DNA of 64,000 nt. Source: Raillietiella orientalis (lineage: Eukaryota). The DNA is taken from NCBI GenBank assembly GCA_036172245.1, contig JAYWIR010000001.1, positions 11,470,001-11,534,000 on the forward strand. Reading direction: 5' to 3'. Below are positions 48,666 to 62,624 of this stretch, piece by piece (positions within the stretch are counted from its first letter, which is position 1; every line of letters begins with the position of its first letter). The notes beneath the pieces were generated by a model that was not told the DNA's origin, did no database searches, and was given only the letters and a program-made list of their open reading frames with translations. The position numbers and the translations under genes were made by a program.

Positions 48666-51600
48666 ATCGGAGGTAACGAGGGAGGAGGGTTTCCTTCGGG
48701 ACCTCCCACCAAGCGTAAGAGGAACAAACTCTTTTTCTCCAGAGTCCTTCCTGGATCCGTAGTCCTTCCCTACGAACCCAGTCCGGGATTATACCCCATA
48801 AATTGAAGAGTTACACGCAATTCGGCTGACGTGCACAGTGTTGAATAGTTTCGTAGGCCTTCCCTGAGGGGCCGAACGGTTCTTCAGCACTTGGCGAACC
48901 AAAAAGAAGACAATGCGAAAAAAAGAAAACTGAGAGGGAAGAAACGAAACAGACAAATCCGAAAGGATTTCCATCGTCCTTTGCAAGAGCAGTGGGAGGG
49001 CATTGCAAAACTGCAACGCTCGTCGTTCTTAAGGAAGAGAGCACTCCCAATGGATGCTCTCAGCTGATGCTCAGCCTTGTTGTCCACGAGATAAGCAACG
49101 ACAGCGTTTTTCGAAAACCTAGGCAAACCATACCAGCAAGATGACCTCCACGTCTGGGTACCAAACGTAAGTGACTGTTCTGATTCTCCACGTGACTTTC
49201 AGAGACCGCCGTTTACCAAGGAAAGTCTCTTTCTCAAAGTCGACCGATGAAGCCCTAATCGTCACCGACTAAGTGGCACGTCAGCTGTAGCTCCACAGGG
49301 CTCAAGTTCGAAATGATGACTCTTGTGTGCCTCAGAATTATAGGTTTATTTTCAGTCGGAATTAGTAGGAGAAGGAAACTGTTGCCAAGGTCACACTACT
49401 CAAAGAAAGCTTTTAGCACACGTTGCAACCTCAAATCTTCAGAAACGGAAAACTTCACGCCAGCAATTCCCATGGATACCCCGGTCCAACCGCCACGTAA
49501 AGTTTCCTCTCGATTTCCCATCCTTCTCATGCCTTTGTTTGCTCCTTGATCTCGAAACGTATCTCTCCTTTCAAGACGTCAATCGTTGTGATCACTTTTT
49601 CCAACATCCTCGTAGACAGCTCGAGAGTATTCATGGATGAGGAGACGAATATGAGGTAGCAATCGTTGTTTATCTGCAAAAAGATACGAACGTGACCGGC
49701 ACTCTCTGCAGGCAGAAGAATTCTTGGAAGGGACAGGGGTTTCTGGCAGATTTGACCCAAGAAGACGGAGACTGAAGGCGAGCATGAAGATGCAAAAGCT
49801 CCCATAGCTTCGGTTCGCCCCGAGGAAAATGCGACCTTGAGAAGCTCAGCTGAGAGACACGTGAAGTTCGGAGGACGAGGTGAACTCGAAAGCGACATTT
49901 ACGAAGAAATGAGACCAGCCTAGTCATCCATGCTCTGCTTCTCAACCTCTCAAGATGGCAGTTGAGTACGCTACCATGGCTGCAGCGCAAGGCGATGGAA
50001 GAAGCGTGAGACACGAGGGGTTCTTCGGAAAGATCCCGCCACAGCCTAAGCGATTCGGCATTGAAATTTTCCCACGAGGAGGTCGCAAGCGGAGGGTCAG
50101 GCTGTCCACCTACCTTGAAGTGGTAGTCGTCATAATGAAGGGTGAAGCTTTTCATCAGGCTGAACGAGATTTCTACGGTGGGCTTGTACCCGGAATTCGC
50201 GTTGCACTTGAACTGGAAAGACGTCCTTCGCTTGTCCTCTATTGCTCGTGAGGAAACCGACCTTGTAAAATCCCCCACTGGGAGAAGCGTCAACCAGCTT
50301 CGCCAGCCTCTCGGTGAAAGACTTAGGAGCGGTGCTGAGGAATTTGTTCATACGCAAGGGTGCGTACAGATTCCTCTCCTTCAAAATTTCGTTGCCGCTC
50401 TGGAGGATCCGCAGCCTACCAAAGGCGACTCAGAAAGCATCTTCAAGCGTTTCGACCGCCGGAGGTTTGGATTCTGCTTACGCTGCCGGAGATAGGCCTC
50501 CGCGCTTTTTGGATCGAAAGCGAAGGAAGCAGAAACCTCGCATGCTGGAGGGAGCTCTCGGAAATATTTAGAGAACGAGGCCCAGAGCTCACCCTCGCAG
50601 TGTGTTGCAGGGAGGGGGAGGCAAAACCTGGGAAGCGCTCCTACCTGTACAACTCGATGGCGTAATCGGGTCCCGTCTCCAGCCCGATGTCAATGCCGTT
50701 CTCGGGGGCGGTTCCGCTGCCCGTCATCTTGTCGAAGTCCACGTCCAGAGTCCCTCCGGATTTCCTGAGCGCCCAAAGGGGTGCGCATGTGCCCAACCGT
50801 CCATCGCCTTACCCGTCGAAAGAGAACCTCATCCGAAATGCGCCCAGTCTCACGTGTTTGGCAAAGTCTTCCAGGTTCGTTCTCGATATGGAGTAGCTGC
50901 CGAGGTGCACAACGTGTATCAAGAAAGAGCTAGAGCGTCTCAGCGAAAAGATGCTCTGCATCGTTCGGTTGTTGGGTCCGATATAGATGAGCCTTCCCTC
51001 TTGTTTGGGCGTCTGGAAATTTGCAGCTCGCAGCCTGTGTTGTCCTCGTCCCCCTCCCTTTGCTTTCATTTTGCAAGCCTCAAGGCGAAAGAAAAGCGTT
51101 CTCGAATGGCTCCTTGCATTCGGTCAGACCGAAGTAGGAAAGGAGGAAGACAAAGCTTTTCGAAAGACCTTCGTGACGTTCTTTCTGGAAACAAGGAGGG
51201 AAGCGGCGAGAACGCGAGCTAAGGTTGGCTTGTGGGACATCGCGCAAACGGAAGGACCATCTCGACAGAAACGCGGCAAACGTCCTCGGCGGCATAGCAA
51301 CCGCTGCGATACACTTTCGTGAATGCCACGGAGGGTCCTTTGGGTTAGCTGATGTTAGAAGATTTGTTCTTTGGTTCATCCTGGAGGCGGTGCGCGAATT
51401 CCAAGAAGATGGCAGCACTGCGTCGCACCTTTCGTAAAAGATTCACCTACCGCAAGGTCGTACGCCTGATCGACTACTGCCACCGTTGAAAAAAGATTCC
51501 TCGAAATTCTCGTCTTTCCACTCCAGCTGGTTGAACGGAAGCTGCTGAATCTCTGAACGGCCCCTGGTAGAGAGAGGAACGTTCGAGAAGGCAAGGAGCC

Positions 51601-52000
51601 GCGGTCCGGGAAAACCCACGGCAGAGTTCCTGCTTGCATTGCGAGTCCGCCACAATCGTCGCGTTTTCGTGAGTGTCCAGGGTCAGCTGCAGGGTCTGGG
51701 GCGGAGTGCCCGCGGTCACATCCATCACGTAGAAGCCCTGAATCCATAGCGTGAGGAAGGCCTGGAGCAGTGACCTACCTTGCCGTTCAAACTCAGACTC
51801 AGCTTCTCTTGCCCGGACAATTTTCCAGCATCGTTGGGGTCCGCTTCAGTTCTGCACAGAGCAAACAAATTAGGGAATCTGCGGGATCGCCCCGCACATC
51901 CTACCGGTGAAGGCAAAGAAGTCCCGCTGCGAGCAGGGGGAACAGAAACGTCCTCGAAGTCGGCATCTGTCAACCACAGGCTTCCCGATTGGGGGATTTT
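48666..52000 (-). mobile_element. Decayed second-family (Penelope-like) sequence including RT remnants and the shared repeat unit
   Basis: MKSFTLHYDDYHFKVGGQPDPPLATSSW (RT motif B-like) and FAKHVRLGAFRMRF. Segment 48680-48910 is homologous to 60400-60640. Confidence 0.35.
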
Positions 52001-52559
52001 CTCGATCCTGGAGGGCGGAGGTCTCTTACAAACCGTTTCCTTCAGTCTGAGAGACAAGGAATGGTGCAGAGGACCCCCGGAGGCTGCCCTTTTATCTCCG
52101 ACGCAACTGCACGGTCTCCGTCGAAGGAAGAAAAAAAAGTTGTTATGTAACATCGATTACGGCAGCCGTCTTTTTGCAGTAAAATTCGGAATATTACTTT
52201 TTAATGGCTTTGGGGTAAGCGCCACGCGCAGAGCAATGCAAGGAAAGCGCAAGCAGCTTTTGGCAGCCTGGAGCCAGCGTAAGGGAGAACATTGAAACCA
52301 ACTACGCGCTTCGAAAGATTGGCCGAGAGGCATCCGGAAGCCTCCGTGTGGTTATCCGAGTTCGGCGTGTGCAGTAGCGGCCAAAGGACAACCACCAAAA
52401 GAGGTTGCCTCTAAAGAACAGCGGCAGAGTGCCTAGGCTGCCAAGGGAGGCCCTCCTAGAATCGTTAGGGATGGGGGGTAGGGGGGCAAGCATGCCAATA
52501 CGACGAATTCCGTAAAAGAAATGGAACTGCAACAATTCGAGGTCTGGTAATCAGCACTG

Positions 52560-55500
52560 GCTTGCCTGCACGCCGGTGGTCATCCACAAAGCTCTTTTTT
52601 CTTCTTCTTTTCTGGCATCTCTTGTATTCGGGGGACGCTATTCCCCTCCGACTTGTGGTTTATTTATTAAATAAACGACTCGTCGTGACCGAGCATTCCA
52701 CCATCTGCATGTCACACATTACAGAGCTGTTTCTCCCCACGAAAAGAAATCGACTCCTTCAGAACATTTCCGCACGGCTGGGAACAGCGGCTCAAACCTC
52801 AAACTGCCACCCGTCGACAAAGCAGCTGTACTGTCCTTCCAGACAACTCCAGGAGCACGGCGAAGCCTCTCAAAGATTTCGTTTATCACGCGGTCACTCC
52901 GGGCGTTCCTTCGGGAAACAAGTAAAATCGAAGGCAAACGAGGTCACCGAGAACGCAACTCCCGAGACAAAAGCAGCGAGGAGACGTCCGCGAGGGGACT
53001 TCATCAACACTAGGGGCGGTTGCCAAACGAGAAGGGAAGGGGAAGAGGCAAAGAAAGAAATGAAGAGATCATGGGGACAGTGGGTCCTTGGAAGGAACTG
53101 TTCCTTCTTGCTCATCATCGGCGCCCGGTCCCTCCCATTTCCGGTACGACTTCCTCCTCCAGATGAAGACGGTCCTCCTGCAGGCGGCATCTGATCTCCC
53201 ATCCCCTCCCGAGTGTCCAACGCCTGGCGGGATGCAGCCGTCCACCGTCGACATCGCCGCTCCAGCAAAGAGTCCTCCTCGCGAGAAGAATCGCCGCAGC
53301 AGGTCCTTGACGGCGTCCTCGGGGTGCAGGACTGTTGAAGACAGCCTCCGTCACAGTTCTTGGTGGCCGCCGCAGCCCATCAAGACGTTCGGCATCGAAT
53401 CAATCGTTCCGCACCTGGAGCACCCCGAGCACGCAACTGCCCAGCTCATGGAAGCGAAGTGTCGGCGCTGGTTGCACAGGAAACCCCCGGTGCAAGGACA
53501 AGGCTTCGCGGCAACACGCCTGCTGGGAAACCTGCAAGCAGCGCAGAGGAAGACGTATCCGCAGTCCGCAACCAACCAGGGAAAGATTCTCCCGTGGAAG
53601 ACAGGGAAAAGAGGGAGCCGCAAGAGGCGAGGGTGGATTCCGAGGAGTCTGCGCTTGCGATGGAAGCTGGAAACTCAGGAACGGTTGCACCCAAACTGCT
53701 GGACGTCCTCCGCTTACGCGTGCGCTGCGTGAGACGCTCGAATCCTCGACGTCCCTTCCGTGGAACTCGGGCAAGCAAGGGCATGGACGTCGTCACTCTG
53801 GCCATCCGGTATGCGACCCATCACCCCTCGAATCACCACGAGATTCGCTCGCATGACGCGACACATCCGCACGCTGGTTGCCTGGGAGACACGCACACAA
53901 AAAGACGGAATATCAGCAGCGCAGCGCAGTCGGCGCCATCTTTTTCTTTCTCTAAAATCTTCCTTCTCCTCAGCAGTCCTCCTCGCAACAAACCCTGCGG
54001 AGAGACCGCATGGAGATTGGGAGCCTTTTAGAAGCCGACCTGGAAACGAGTGTCCCCTGTAGCGATCCCTCCCTGTTTCGGGCATTCTGCTCACGCATCC
54101 TAGATGATCCAGGGAATTGGCAAAGCCCACGCTGGTGGTCTCCGTACTCCTTCGGCCGGCGACCAGCGAACAGGTGTCAAGGATGGCATCAATGCCCGGT
54201 TGTCCCGTGCAAGCACCGGCAAACCCCTGTTGGCGGTACTGCCTTAGGCTAGACAAAGAGTTTTTCCGGGACGGATCATCGGCTCCGCACCCTTTCGGAA
54301 GAGACGGAGGGACGTTTCGCTTTCGAACTCCGTGACCTAGAGGTGCACGGGAGCGCTGAAGACCGATCAACGGTTGGGCAATCGCAGGAGCCGCCGAACT
54401 CCTGTGCGGCTGGAAGACGGGCGACACGGAAGTGGACGCCCCACTTCCGTGTCCTCGCTATGTTGCAAACACAAAGTGCTGCTATTTCTGCACTGGGGTT
54501 TCCAGAACAACCACCTCGTTTCCGAGGCAGCTTCATGCACGAGCCGTACCAGTTGCGAGACGACCGAATCGATCCCGCACCTGGTTTTGGACTGCGGCAG
54601 GGCCCAATTGCCGACCCTCTCGCTCGGCATTCCCTCTCCAGAGATTCCGCCTAGCAACACGCTACGGGACACACAGAAGCCTTCGCAGGAGCGAACCGAG
54701 AAAAACAGCATCCCACTGCATAAGCCGCACCAGCTCCTTCCCGGAATCTCCTTCACTGACCACACCCAGTACTCCTTGAACGACACACATCGGCAACTCC
54801 TCTCGGACCCCTCCGTCGCGTCTTTTTCCAGTCAGCCTATACGCGCTCAGGGACGCCAACGGGAGACCCTGATCGCGCGACTTTCAAGTGGCGCGAGTGG
54901 CGCGCGGGCCGCCCTCGAGAGAAGCCACCTTTCGAAGCCTCCCACGAGCATCCAGACTCCTGCGACATTCCGCGGCACAGGCGCCTGCACCTGTTCTCCG
55001 ACCAGGAGCTGTCAAGTGTGCTCCAGGAAGAGCAGTCGCTCGTCGCCGTGCTGCGCACACAAAATGCTCGCAGCGCCTCCATCCGAATCTCGAAATCGCG
55101 GCGTTCATGGGAGGCAATGCCGTAAGAGTGGCAACACCTGTCACCGTAAATCTTTGGCTGAGCAAATGACTTAATACGCGTGGAGGCTGGAGTGGTAGAA
55201 AAGATGATGAATGGACCTGTTTTTCTTTCTTTCTTGAGAGGAACAAAGCAAACAGAACGACGAGCGACAACTAAAAAGCGATTTATCTTCGGGTGACTCC
55301 AACGACTCCAGGGTGCAGCTTTCTACTCTCTGGAACGTGGGATCGGTCCGCCTTGCGCCTGATCGTTCCCGTTGCCGCTCCGAGCGCTTTCCTCCGCACG
55401 AAAGGTCGATTTTCCTGGCCGGTTCTTATTGCCACTTCTCGGTGCCCGCAGGACTGACAGCTGCCGTCTTCGTGATCGGCCGTTAGGCGCTCCCGTGCAC

Positions 55501-57900
55501 CCCTAGGTCAAGGGGTTCGAAAGCGAAACGTGCCTTCGTCTCTCCCGAAAGGGTGCGGGGTCGATGATGTGTCCCGGAAAAACTCTTTGTCTAGCCGCAG
55601 GCTCTACCGTCAACAGGGTCGTCTGATATCTCTCCCTTGCTGAGAGGCGGGCAGACAGCTCTGCGGCAGCAAGGGGGGAGGCAACCACACGGGATCGCTG
55701 CGTCCTGTCCTGCGGTTCACTTTCGAATGGATGGCTCAGGAAACGTCGCAAGAGACGAAGGACCCGCGGTTATGAGAGGATGGACGCGCTCAAAAACTCA
55801 GATTCGTTCAACAGAAGGAAATCGAAACGTGGCCTTGGAAGAGTTGCACAGGTTAGCGAGGACATCCAGTGAGGTTCGCCGCTGTTCCGTCTCCTCGCGT
55901 TCGCCGACTGACTTGACCTCTCATCGTGAAAACCGAAAATCCGTGCGTCCTTCCTGTCGAATGCATTGTTCTCCCCATCTTCCGTCGTCTAACCACCAAG
56001 AAGAAAAGGGCTTTTCTCCACCCGGTCGCAGCTTCCGTTTTCCTCTCTTCCGCATTCGTGAGAGCATACCGTTGGCCCTCCTCCTTTCGGATCGGATTCG
56101 AGCAGACGAACCGCCCTCCCTCTTCCTTCGTGGAACAGACGATCGATTCGCAAGCACGCCAGGGCGCCCACTTCTTTGTTTCAGAATCTCTGGGGAGAGG
56201 ATGCCGAGCGAGAGGGCCGGCCATTCGGCAGCTTCCGTGCGGTGGAACAGAAGCAGGGCGTTCTTCGTCTGTGGTGTTCAGAGCTCTGCCGTCCGATCTC
56301 AAGCACCCCTCGTGCAGCGCGACATGTGATGCTTGGCGACTTCCGCAAGCTGGAGCTCTTTTCGAGTCTGTCTGTATCTCAGCTGCCAACAGGAGCACCG
56401 GTTGGTGATCCTTAAACGTTCGTCATGGCACCATTTTCTCGGTGAGGCAGCCCCCAGTACGCTTCGTCGCTCCCTGAAGCACCCTCCTGTATCTGTTATC
56501 CGATGACCAGTGCTGTTTGACCGTAGGACAAGCAGAAATGAGAGCATGAGCACAAGAGCTCTAAAATGTGTCCCCGGGGCCTCTTCGGATATTCTTTCTG
56601 TGAGGAGACCTTCAGTTCTCATGGGGCTCTCCTGAGTCCACGTTTCCACGAAAAGATGCTGAAGTCCTCCTCCAGGTGCATTTCTCATGAACGCGGTGAG
56701 GTGCAAGGAACGCGCAGACACAAAGAGAAAAAAGAGAATTCTTCGACAGAACAGATACGGGCGTGGTACCTAGGGAGAACCTTCGAAGATTCGGAATCCA
56801 CGAGGGGGGAGGCACGTGGTGGTCCACTCACGGGGATTTGGCTTCACTGTGGACGAAGGTCTCGTTCTCTTTGCAAATGTGGAGACCTCTGCCTGAAAGG
56901 TGTGCCGATCCAGCAGCCTTGCTGAGCACTCACGTGACGTGCGCGTGAGGAGGAGGAATACGAGGCGGGCCGTTTCAGCGGACTGCGGTGCGCGGGAGGA
57001 AGAAGGGAAGTCCTTCCTTTCGAGGAAGGGAGGTCTTGTTTGTCGGATAACGGGGAACGCGCGAATGCCAGACGTCGTTTCTCTGGAACGTGCTCTTTGC
57101 GTCTGCCCACGACGAGGAATTCCCGGCACGAAGCTCGACCGGAATAGGACGCAACGAGATGGGAGCGGCGGTTTCCCTGAGGGTGTGCAGCGAGATGATC
57201 CCAGCTTGTGGATTTGAAGATGGAGCTCGCCCCAGCACTCGTCACGGGATGCAGAAGACCTCGGAGGAACACCGATGTGACCCCGGTGCTCCCTTGATCT
57301 CCTCCCGCCACACAAAGACAGGCGTATATTTTTTCTTTTTCCTCATTTGGCAACCCTGCCCCTCCTCTGACAGAGACCTCTCTGGAAAGGCAGAGCTGGC
57401 TGCTTGCCAGCTCATCCAGGATTCTACGCGACTCTTCGCCCTGTTGATCCGTTTGATTTTTTGCAATTCGACCGACACAATCAGCAATGCACCTGGACAA
57501 TAGAAAGGTGGAACTTTCGAATCGTTTCCCCTCTGGAATTTCCCAAGGCTTCCTCGTTAGCAGGTGGTCTCCTGTGGTCGACTCCCGAAGCGTCTCCAAA
57601 GGACCCCAGCCAGGATGATTGATCCCCGAGACATAACAATGGAACGAAGCTTTCCATGAAGTTGGTTTGGCCACGAGAGTGGCCAGCCACGTTCCGGGCA
57701 GAAAGAGGGCGATCCCGCATCCTTCAGTCACACCACCGCCACGCACCCGCCTGCAGGTCTCCGGGAAAGGGATCGTCTTTTTACGCCACACGTTCCAGGT
57801 GACTCCCACCCACTTCGCCACTGACCACCTCGGTAGGGCGCATTCGACACTTGACCGCCCAACCGCAGCAACTGTTTCACGCGAGGGCTTTTCGACGGAT
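52560..57900. mobile_element. Highly decayed LINE fragments in both orientations
   Basis: Remnants such as VLLFLHWGFQNN...CTSCETTESIPHLVLDC (54470-54600, +); otherwise poorly resolvable. Confidence 0.45.
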
Positions 57901-57959
57901 GAGGCTCCCCGCCGTCCGTGTGGATGTGCGATCTCGTTCGGAAGATGCAAAATGAGTTG

Positions 57960-59117
57960 TCCGCCGTTCTTCGAGCTGGCGCTAGCGAAGCCTTTTCGAA
58001 AGGGGTAAGTCGCGCACCAGGTTTCCTCCTCGCGCCAGGTAGTGCTTGGTTGCAGGAAACCGTTCTCACGTGGGCGAGGAGCCAGGAGCAACGCACGGAA
58101 AAGGTACGCCGGCTCCTGTTCGTGCGCAACAACCGATGCAGCTCCGAGAGATCCTGGAGGATCCGGGAAAAAGGGCGTGGGCAGGAAGCACTTCTCTCGC
58201 TGCAGCGCTGCTCTCCTCGAGGGAACCCATGGGCAGAAGACTTGAGGCTAGATGGGAGCTTACTGTGGAAATCCGCGGAAGCAGAAAATGACTGAGCGAG
58301 TGGACGACAGGCCAGTTCCCCGACTCTGTGACCCCGAATGCTCGACCTCGTGGACCTTAGCGCCCGGGCGTGCTACTGGGTATTCCGGAGGAAGATCCGC
58401 AGCGACCCTTGGTGCTCACGAACACCCGCATTCTTCCCTTAAAGTGGCGGGAGTCGGCGTCGATGCTGTTGCACTGGGGTCTCCCGTGCAACATCCGCTC
58501 CCATCATTGGTCACGGGGGCGAGAGGTGGATCCGAAGGTGCGTGGAGCGGGAATCTCTCCCGCACCTCCTAGTGGACTCTGCTGCCCTCCGGCGCCTTTG
58601 GGGACGCTTTGTCTAGACCCCTGAAACCCCCTGTGGCATCTTCAGAGACGTTGTACAGCTCCTCTTCCTGCGCAACAACGTCTCACACCGGCCGCCTCCC
58701 TAGCGGCACTGTGCTGCCTCCGTGGGATCGTGGCGGCGTGGAACGACGCCAGCCGACGGGCCAACGATAGGAACGCCATCCACTTCGCTCTTCGCTTTCT
58801 GCGGATAGCGACCAGATGGCCCCACCTGCATATCTCCATGAAAAAAGACCTTGCCGGTGTCCTCCAAAAGATGCAGGGGACCACCCCAGCAGGTTGTGAT
58901 TTTGTGATTCCCCCAAAATTGCTCCATTTTTGTTTTGTTTCTCTTTCCTTTTGTTTGGACCCTCCCCTCCGCTGCCTTGCTGAAGCTAACCGGTCCGCGA
59001 ACCGGTAACACGGCAGGGTATCTACAGAAAGGACGTGGCTGGACCACCAGTCCAACCACAAAAATTGTAAATGTTAATTTTGTTTTGAGTAAACGCCCCG
59101 CCGAACCCAGGCGAAAA
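57960..59117 (+). mobile_element. Main LINE family, 5'-truncated copy with terminus
   Basis: GSAWLQETV, ILPLKWRESASMLLHWGLPCN, LRIATRWPHL; terminus AGTAAACGCCCCGCCGAACCCAGGCGAAAA. Confidence 0.85.
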
Positions 59118-59899
59118 CTCCTCACTCCAGGAGATCCCGAGATTTGGCACCCGCAGGTCCGTTCACACTGCCAGCCTTGATTTACCACTACCGACACGAG
59201 GAATGAAGACCCGAAGAACAGAAGACCGCTCTTGCGGGAGATGAGCTGCACAAGGAGAGATCCTGCTCTTCGCTACGTGGAGCATTCTCGCCTGCACACA
59301 TTGCAGCGAGAAGCAGCTGAGAACCGGACGAAGGATGCAGCTTCGACAGTCGGAGCAAAAAGAATAGCTGTCGGCAAACCAGAATGTCTTGGTTGTAGAT
59401 TCTTTCCTGAGTCCCAATCTTCCATTGCCAAAAGGCAGCAGGGCAGCAGAGCTGGACGTTTCCTGCCCGCAGGAGGGGGGAGGGAGGAAGAGCCACGTGG
59501 AGCTACCTGCACCGGGATGGAACGGACACGTTGCCTACCGACCATGTCAAAAGGGTGGAGAAGGTACATGCCTTCATCGTTGGCTCGTTCCCAGAATGAT
59601 GCGCTCCGGAAGGATGTCGAAGTCCGCTCTCCCCATCGCGTGCTGAAGAACCGAAGTACCTCTGATGGTCGCATCGATTGCCCACCATAGCCGCGAGGTT
59701 TGCTGGATCCACCGCTCGGGACGACTGCCTGGCGGCATCTGCGCCTGGTCACCCAATCCGCGCGAGGTGGGCACGGCTGAGCAGCCTCTGAATGGTAGCG
59801 TCTCCGCAGAAGCTGACCGATGGAGGAGACCATGGGCATCTCCCCCGTTGAAGAAGCGTTCTTTCTGATAGTTACTGAACACACTCCAGTTATGGGAAG

Positions 59900-60640
59900 A
59901 CATTGAAAAGATTGCAAAATGGCGTATGTGGCACCAAGCGTTGCGGATTCGAACCCCCACGTGGAGGATCGACGCCGAGAAATGGGGGTGCGTCGTGGAT
60001 TTCCAGTGCTCCCCGCATGATGACGCTGGAAGGTCTATTTGGATGCAACTCTGGAGCAAGCAGGAGACCGGGTGCCCCCGATGAGTGTCCAGGATTGGAA
60101 GTGGACCCTCCGAGGTGCTTCCAGAAACCAAGGAGTGCCGGGGTTATCCCTCCAGTGGTGAAGATGGAGCCGTACCCCATGGGGCTGGTTGATACCCCAC
60201 TTGGGAGTCGCCTTCCCAGAGCGTAAGCGCGCTGCTCCCTTCCGGGAGAGCCCTCCAGAGAAAATTGGAAAGAGTCCCTTCGGGGTTCTCTGTAGAGGAG
60301 GAAACAGGGAGAGGCACCCTTGCAGGTGTCCTCCGAGAAAGAAATTCAGGAGCGGATCCCTTCCGGGGGATCCCTCTGATGAGAATAAGGAAGAGGTTCT
60401 CACCGAGGTTCCCTTCAGAGACAACCAGGGCGATGGTTCCCCTCCCAATCGCGAGAGGAACGGACTCCGAGCCTTACCTGGATCCACAGGATGAGGCCCC
60501 TCCGGGGTTCTTCCTCCCCATAGCTGGAAGAGTGGCACGCGCCCTCGGGCGGCGTGGACGGGGTCAAGGAGCGTCGTGAGTGCCCCCCCCCAAGGAGGCG
60601 AGCGGTTCTTCAGAACTTGGCGAACCAAAAAGAAGACGAG
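59900..60640 (-). repeat. Copy of the second-family repeat unit
   Basis: Shares ACAACCAGGGCGA.GGTTCCC and GAGGAACGGACTCC with 13980-14100 (reverse), and CGGTTCTTCAG.ACTTGGCGAACCAAAAAGAAGAC with 48876-48910. Confidence 0.65.
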
Positions 60641-62624
60641 TGTTTTTCCTGTTGGTCAGCGGGATGAGGTCGCTTCGGTCAGCACACCGGGGGTGTTTGT
60701 GTTGCACATATGCTGGAGAGCACCGCCAGACAAGTTGGGGCAGTTGCAGAAAAGTTTCCCTTCCCTCCGAACGATGGTTGCGGAGGAACGAGCGCCGACC
60801 GGCGTGCAGAATCAACCAGGCAGCTGGCCGTTTGGGATACCTCAGCTGCGGGGAGCGGAAACCAGGGGGGTCCACATGTCTCCAAGGCACACAAATGATG
60901 CAAGCCGCGTAAGCTCCCTTCGTCAGGGTCACCCGCCTGCGCCTTTGAGGAAGAGCTGCGCAAACGCACATGGCGAAGAGCCAGGTGGAGGCTACGGTTG
61001 CGCTGAGCAGGGGGCCATGCTGCGGGCTGACCTGCGAGATCCCCTCGGCGGGTTCTGAAGGACCAGATCGAGGGCAGGGCGCCGCCGCTCCACGCAAGAA
61101 CGGACCAATCGGATGCGGTCCGCGTCCGTAGCTAAACCACTGTGAGGAAGGCGGAGGAGGAAGTCATCCGTCTACTTCCGGCAAACTCGGCCTCATGCGC
61201 GTCGTGGAGGGAGTGCGCCCTGGTGGCGGCGCTCGCAGCTGCGACCGGAGCCCCAGGGCTCTACTTCTCCGCAGAACCGCGAAATCGGCTCGGAACTCTT
61301 CGGTGCTGCGGTCCGTGGGAAAACAGCCGCTAATCTTGCATCCCGTCCTCGCTTCCGGGAAGAGCGGGAAGGGTAGGGGCGAGGAGCCTCCCGGGATGGA
61401 GTGAGGTCGGGCCGGCTCACGGCAGTGGGCGCGCCTTCTGGTGCTGACCCTGGTCTTTCTCAGCAGATCGATGATCTGCTCTCCACCCCCATCCGGTTGA
61501 TGTCCTGGTAGTTCGCTTGCATCATCGACCCCTCAGCCTGCCGTCCCCGAGCGGGTTCGCCCGGGCTGTCCGCGTGGACGACGTTTACGACCCCGAGACC
61601 ATCCTCGTCCTGCCTCAGGCTCAAGCCATGGACCAGGAGGTCCGTTGGCGGTTGAGAGCTGCCCAGGGGAGGCCCCCCTGGGCGCTCCGGAACGACGACG
61701 GAGGAGGAGGAGGGGTTGCCCGAGGGGGTCCTGTTGCTGCGACACTCGGGGGTGGTTGCGTGGTGGTCGGGGTGCCTGCGGTGGGTGCCCACGGAGACGA
61801 TGGCGCGCAAAGGGAGGGAGCCGCTTGGGTCGCCCTCCTGGGGGAAGAAGGCGTGCGGCTCCTCGTCCTTGCCGCCGAAGATCCTCCTTTAGGTTAGGCT
61901 CGCTAGTACTCCTACTGGGCGCTCCGGCGAGGAGAGGGGAGCGCGACCCTCCCGGAGAAGCGCTCCCTTCTGGGGGCTCCCAGGCGCCGCCGCCGGTGGG
62001 CGGTAAGCAGCACAGCCCCATGGCTGGCAGATCCCCCGACCTCGTGCACACGCGGCGACCCTCGGGAAAGCCCAGAAGGGGTGTGGCAGAACTCGTTGAG
62101 TACAGCGCAAGAGGAAGCGGCGACCGGGATGGAACAGGGCGAGGGGCCCTCTGGTCCAGAGCGTCCCCGGGTGGTCCCAGTCCTCGAGTCTGCCGCTGAG
62201 CGGAAAGAAACTGCAAGCGCGCTTCTCGCTGCTTCGGATGCGCCCGGCAGACCCCCCTTGGAAGCCCCCGCGCGTCTCCGCGCAGTCGCGAGGGGAGACG
62301 ACCTGCCGAAGCGGTGCAGCCGAGCAAGAAAGCGGGGAGGAGACCCAACGCCCCAGAAGGTAAAAACAAAACCTGAGAAGACCGACGAACAAAAGTATGA
62401 CCGCGGCGGCGGCCCGCGAAACCCTTGGGGTCAACCTCGTACGCCGACTGGCAAAGGGAGAGGGAGGAGGGGGAAGAACGAAAGGAAGGAACAAGAGAGG
62501 AAGAGCGCTCTCCGCGGAGACACCGGAAAGTCGCTTCCTAGCGGCGGTGACCTTGAACGAGCGTTCGCGCGACCGATGCCGCGGCAGGAAATGCGATCGT
62601 CGGGGTGGTCGATATCGCCTCGAG

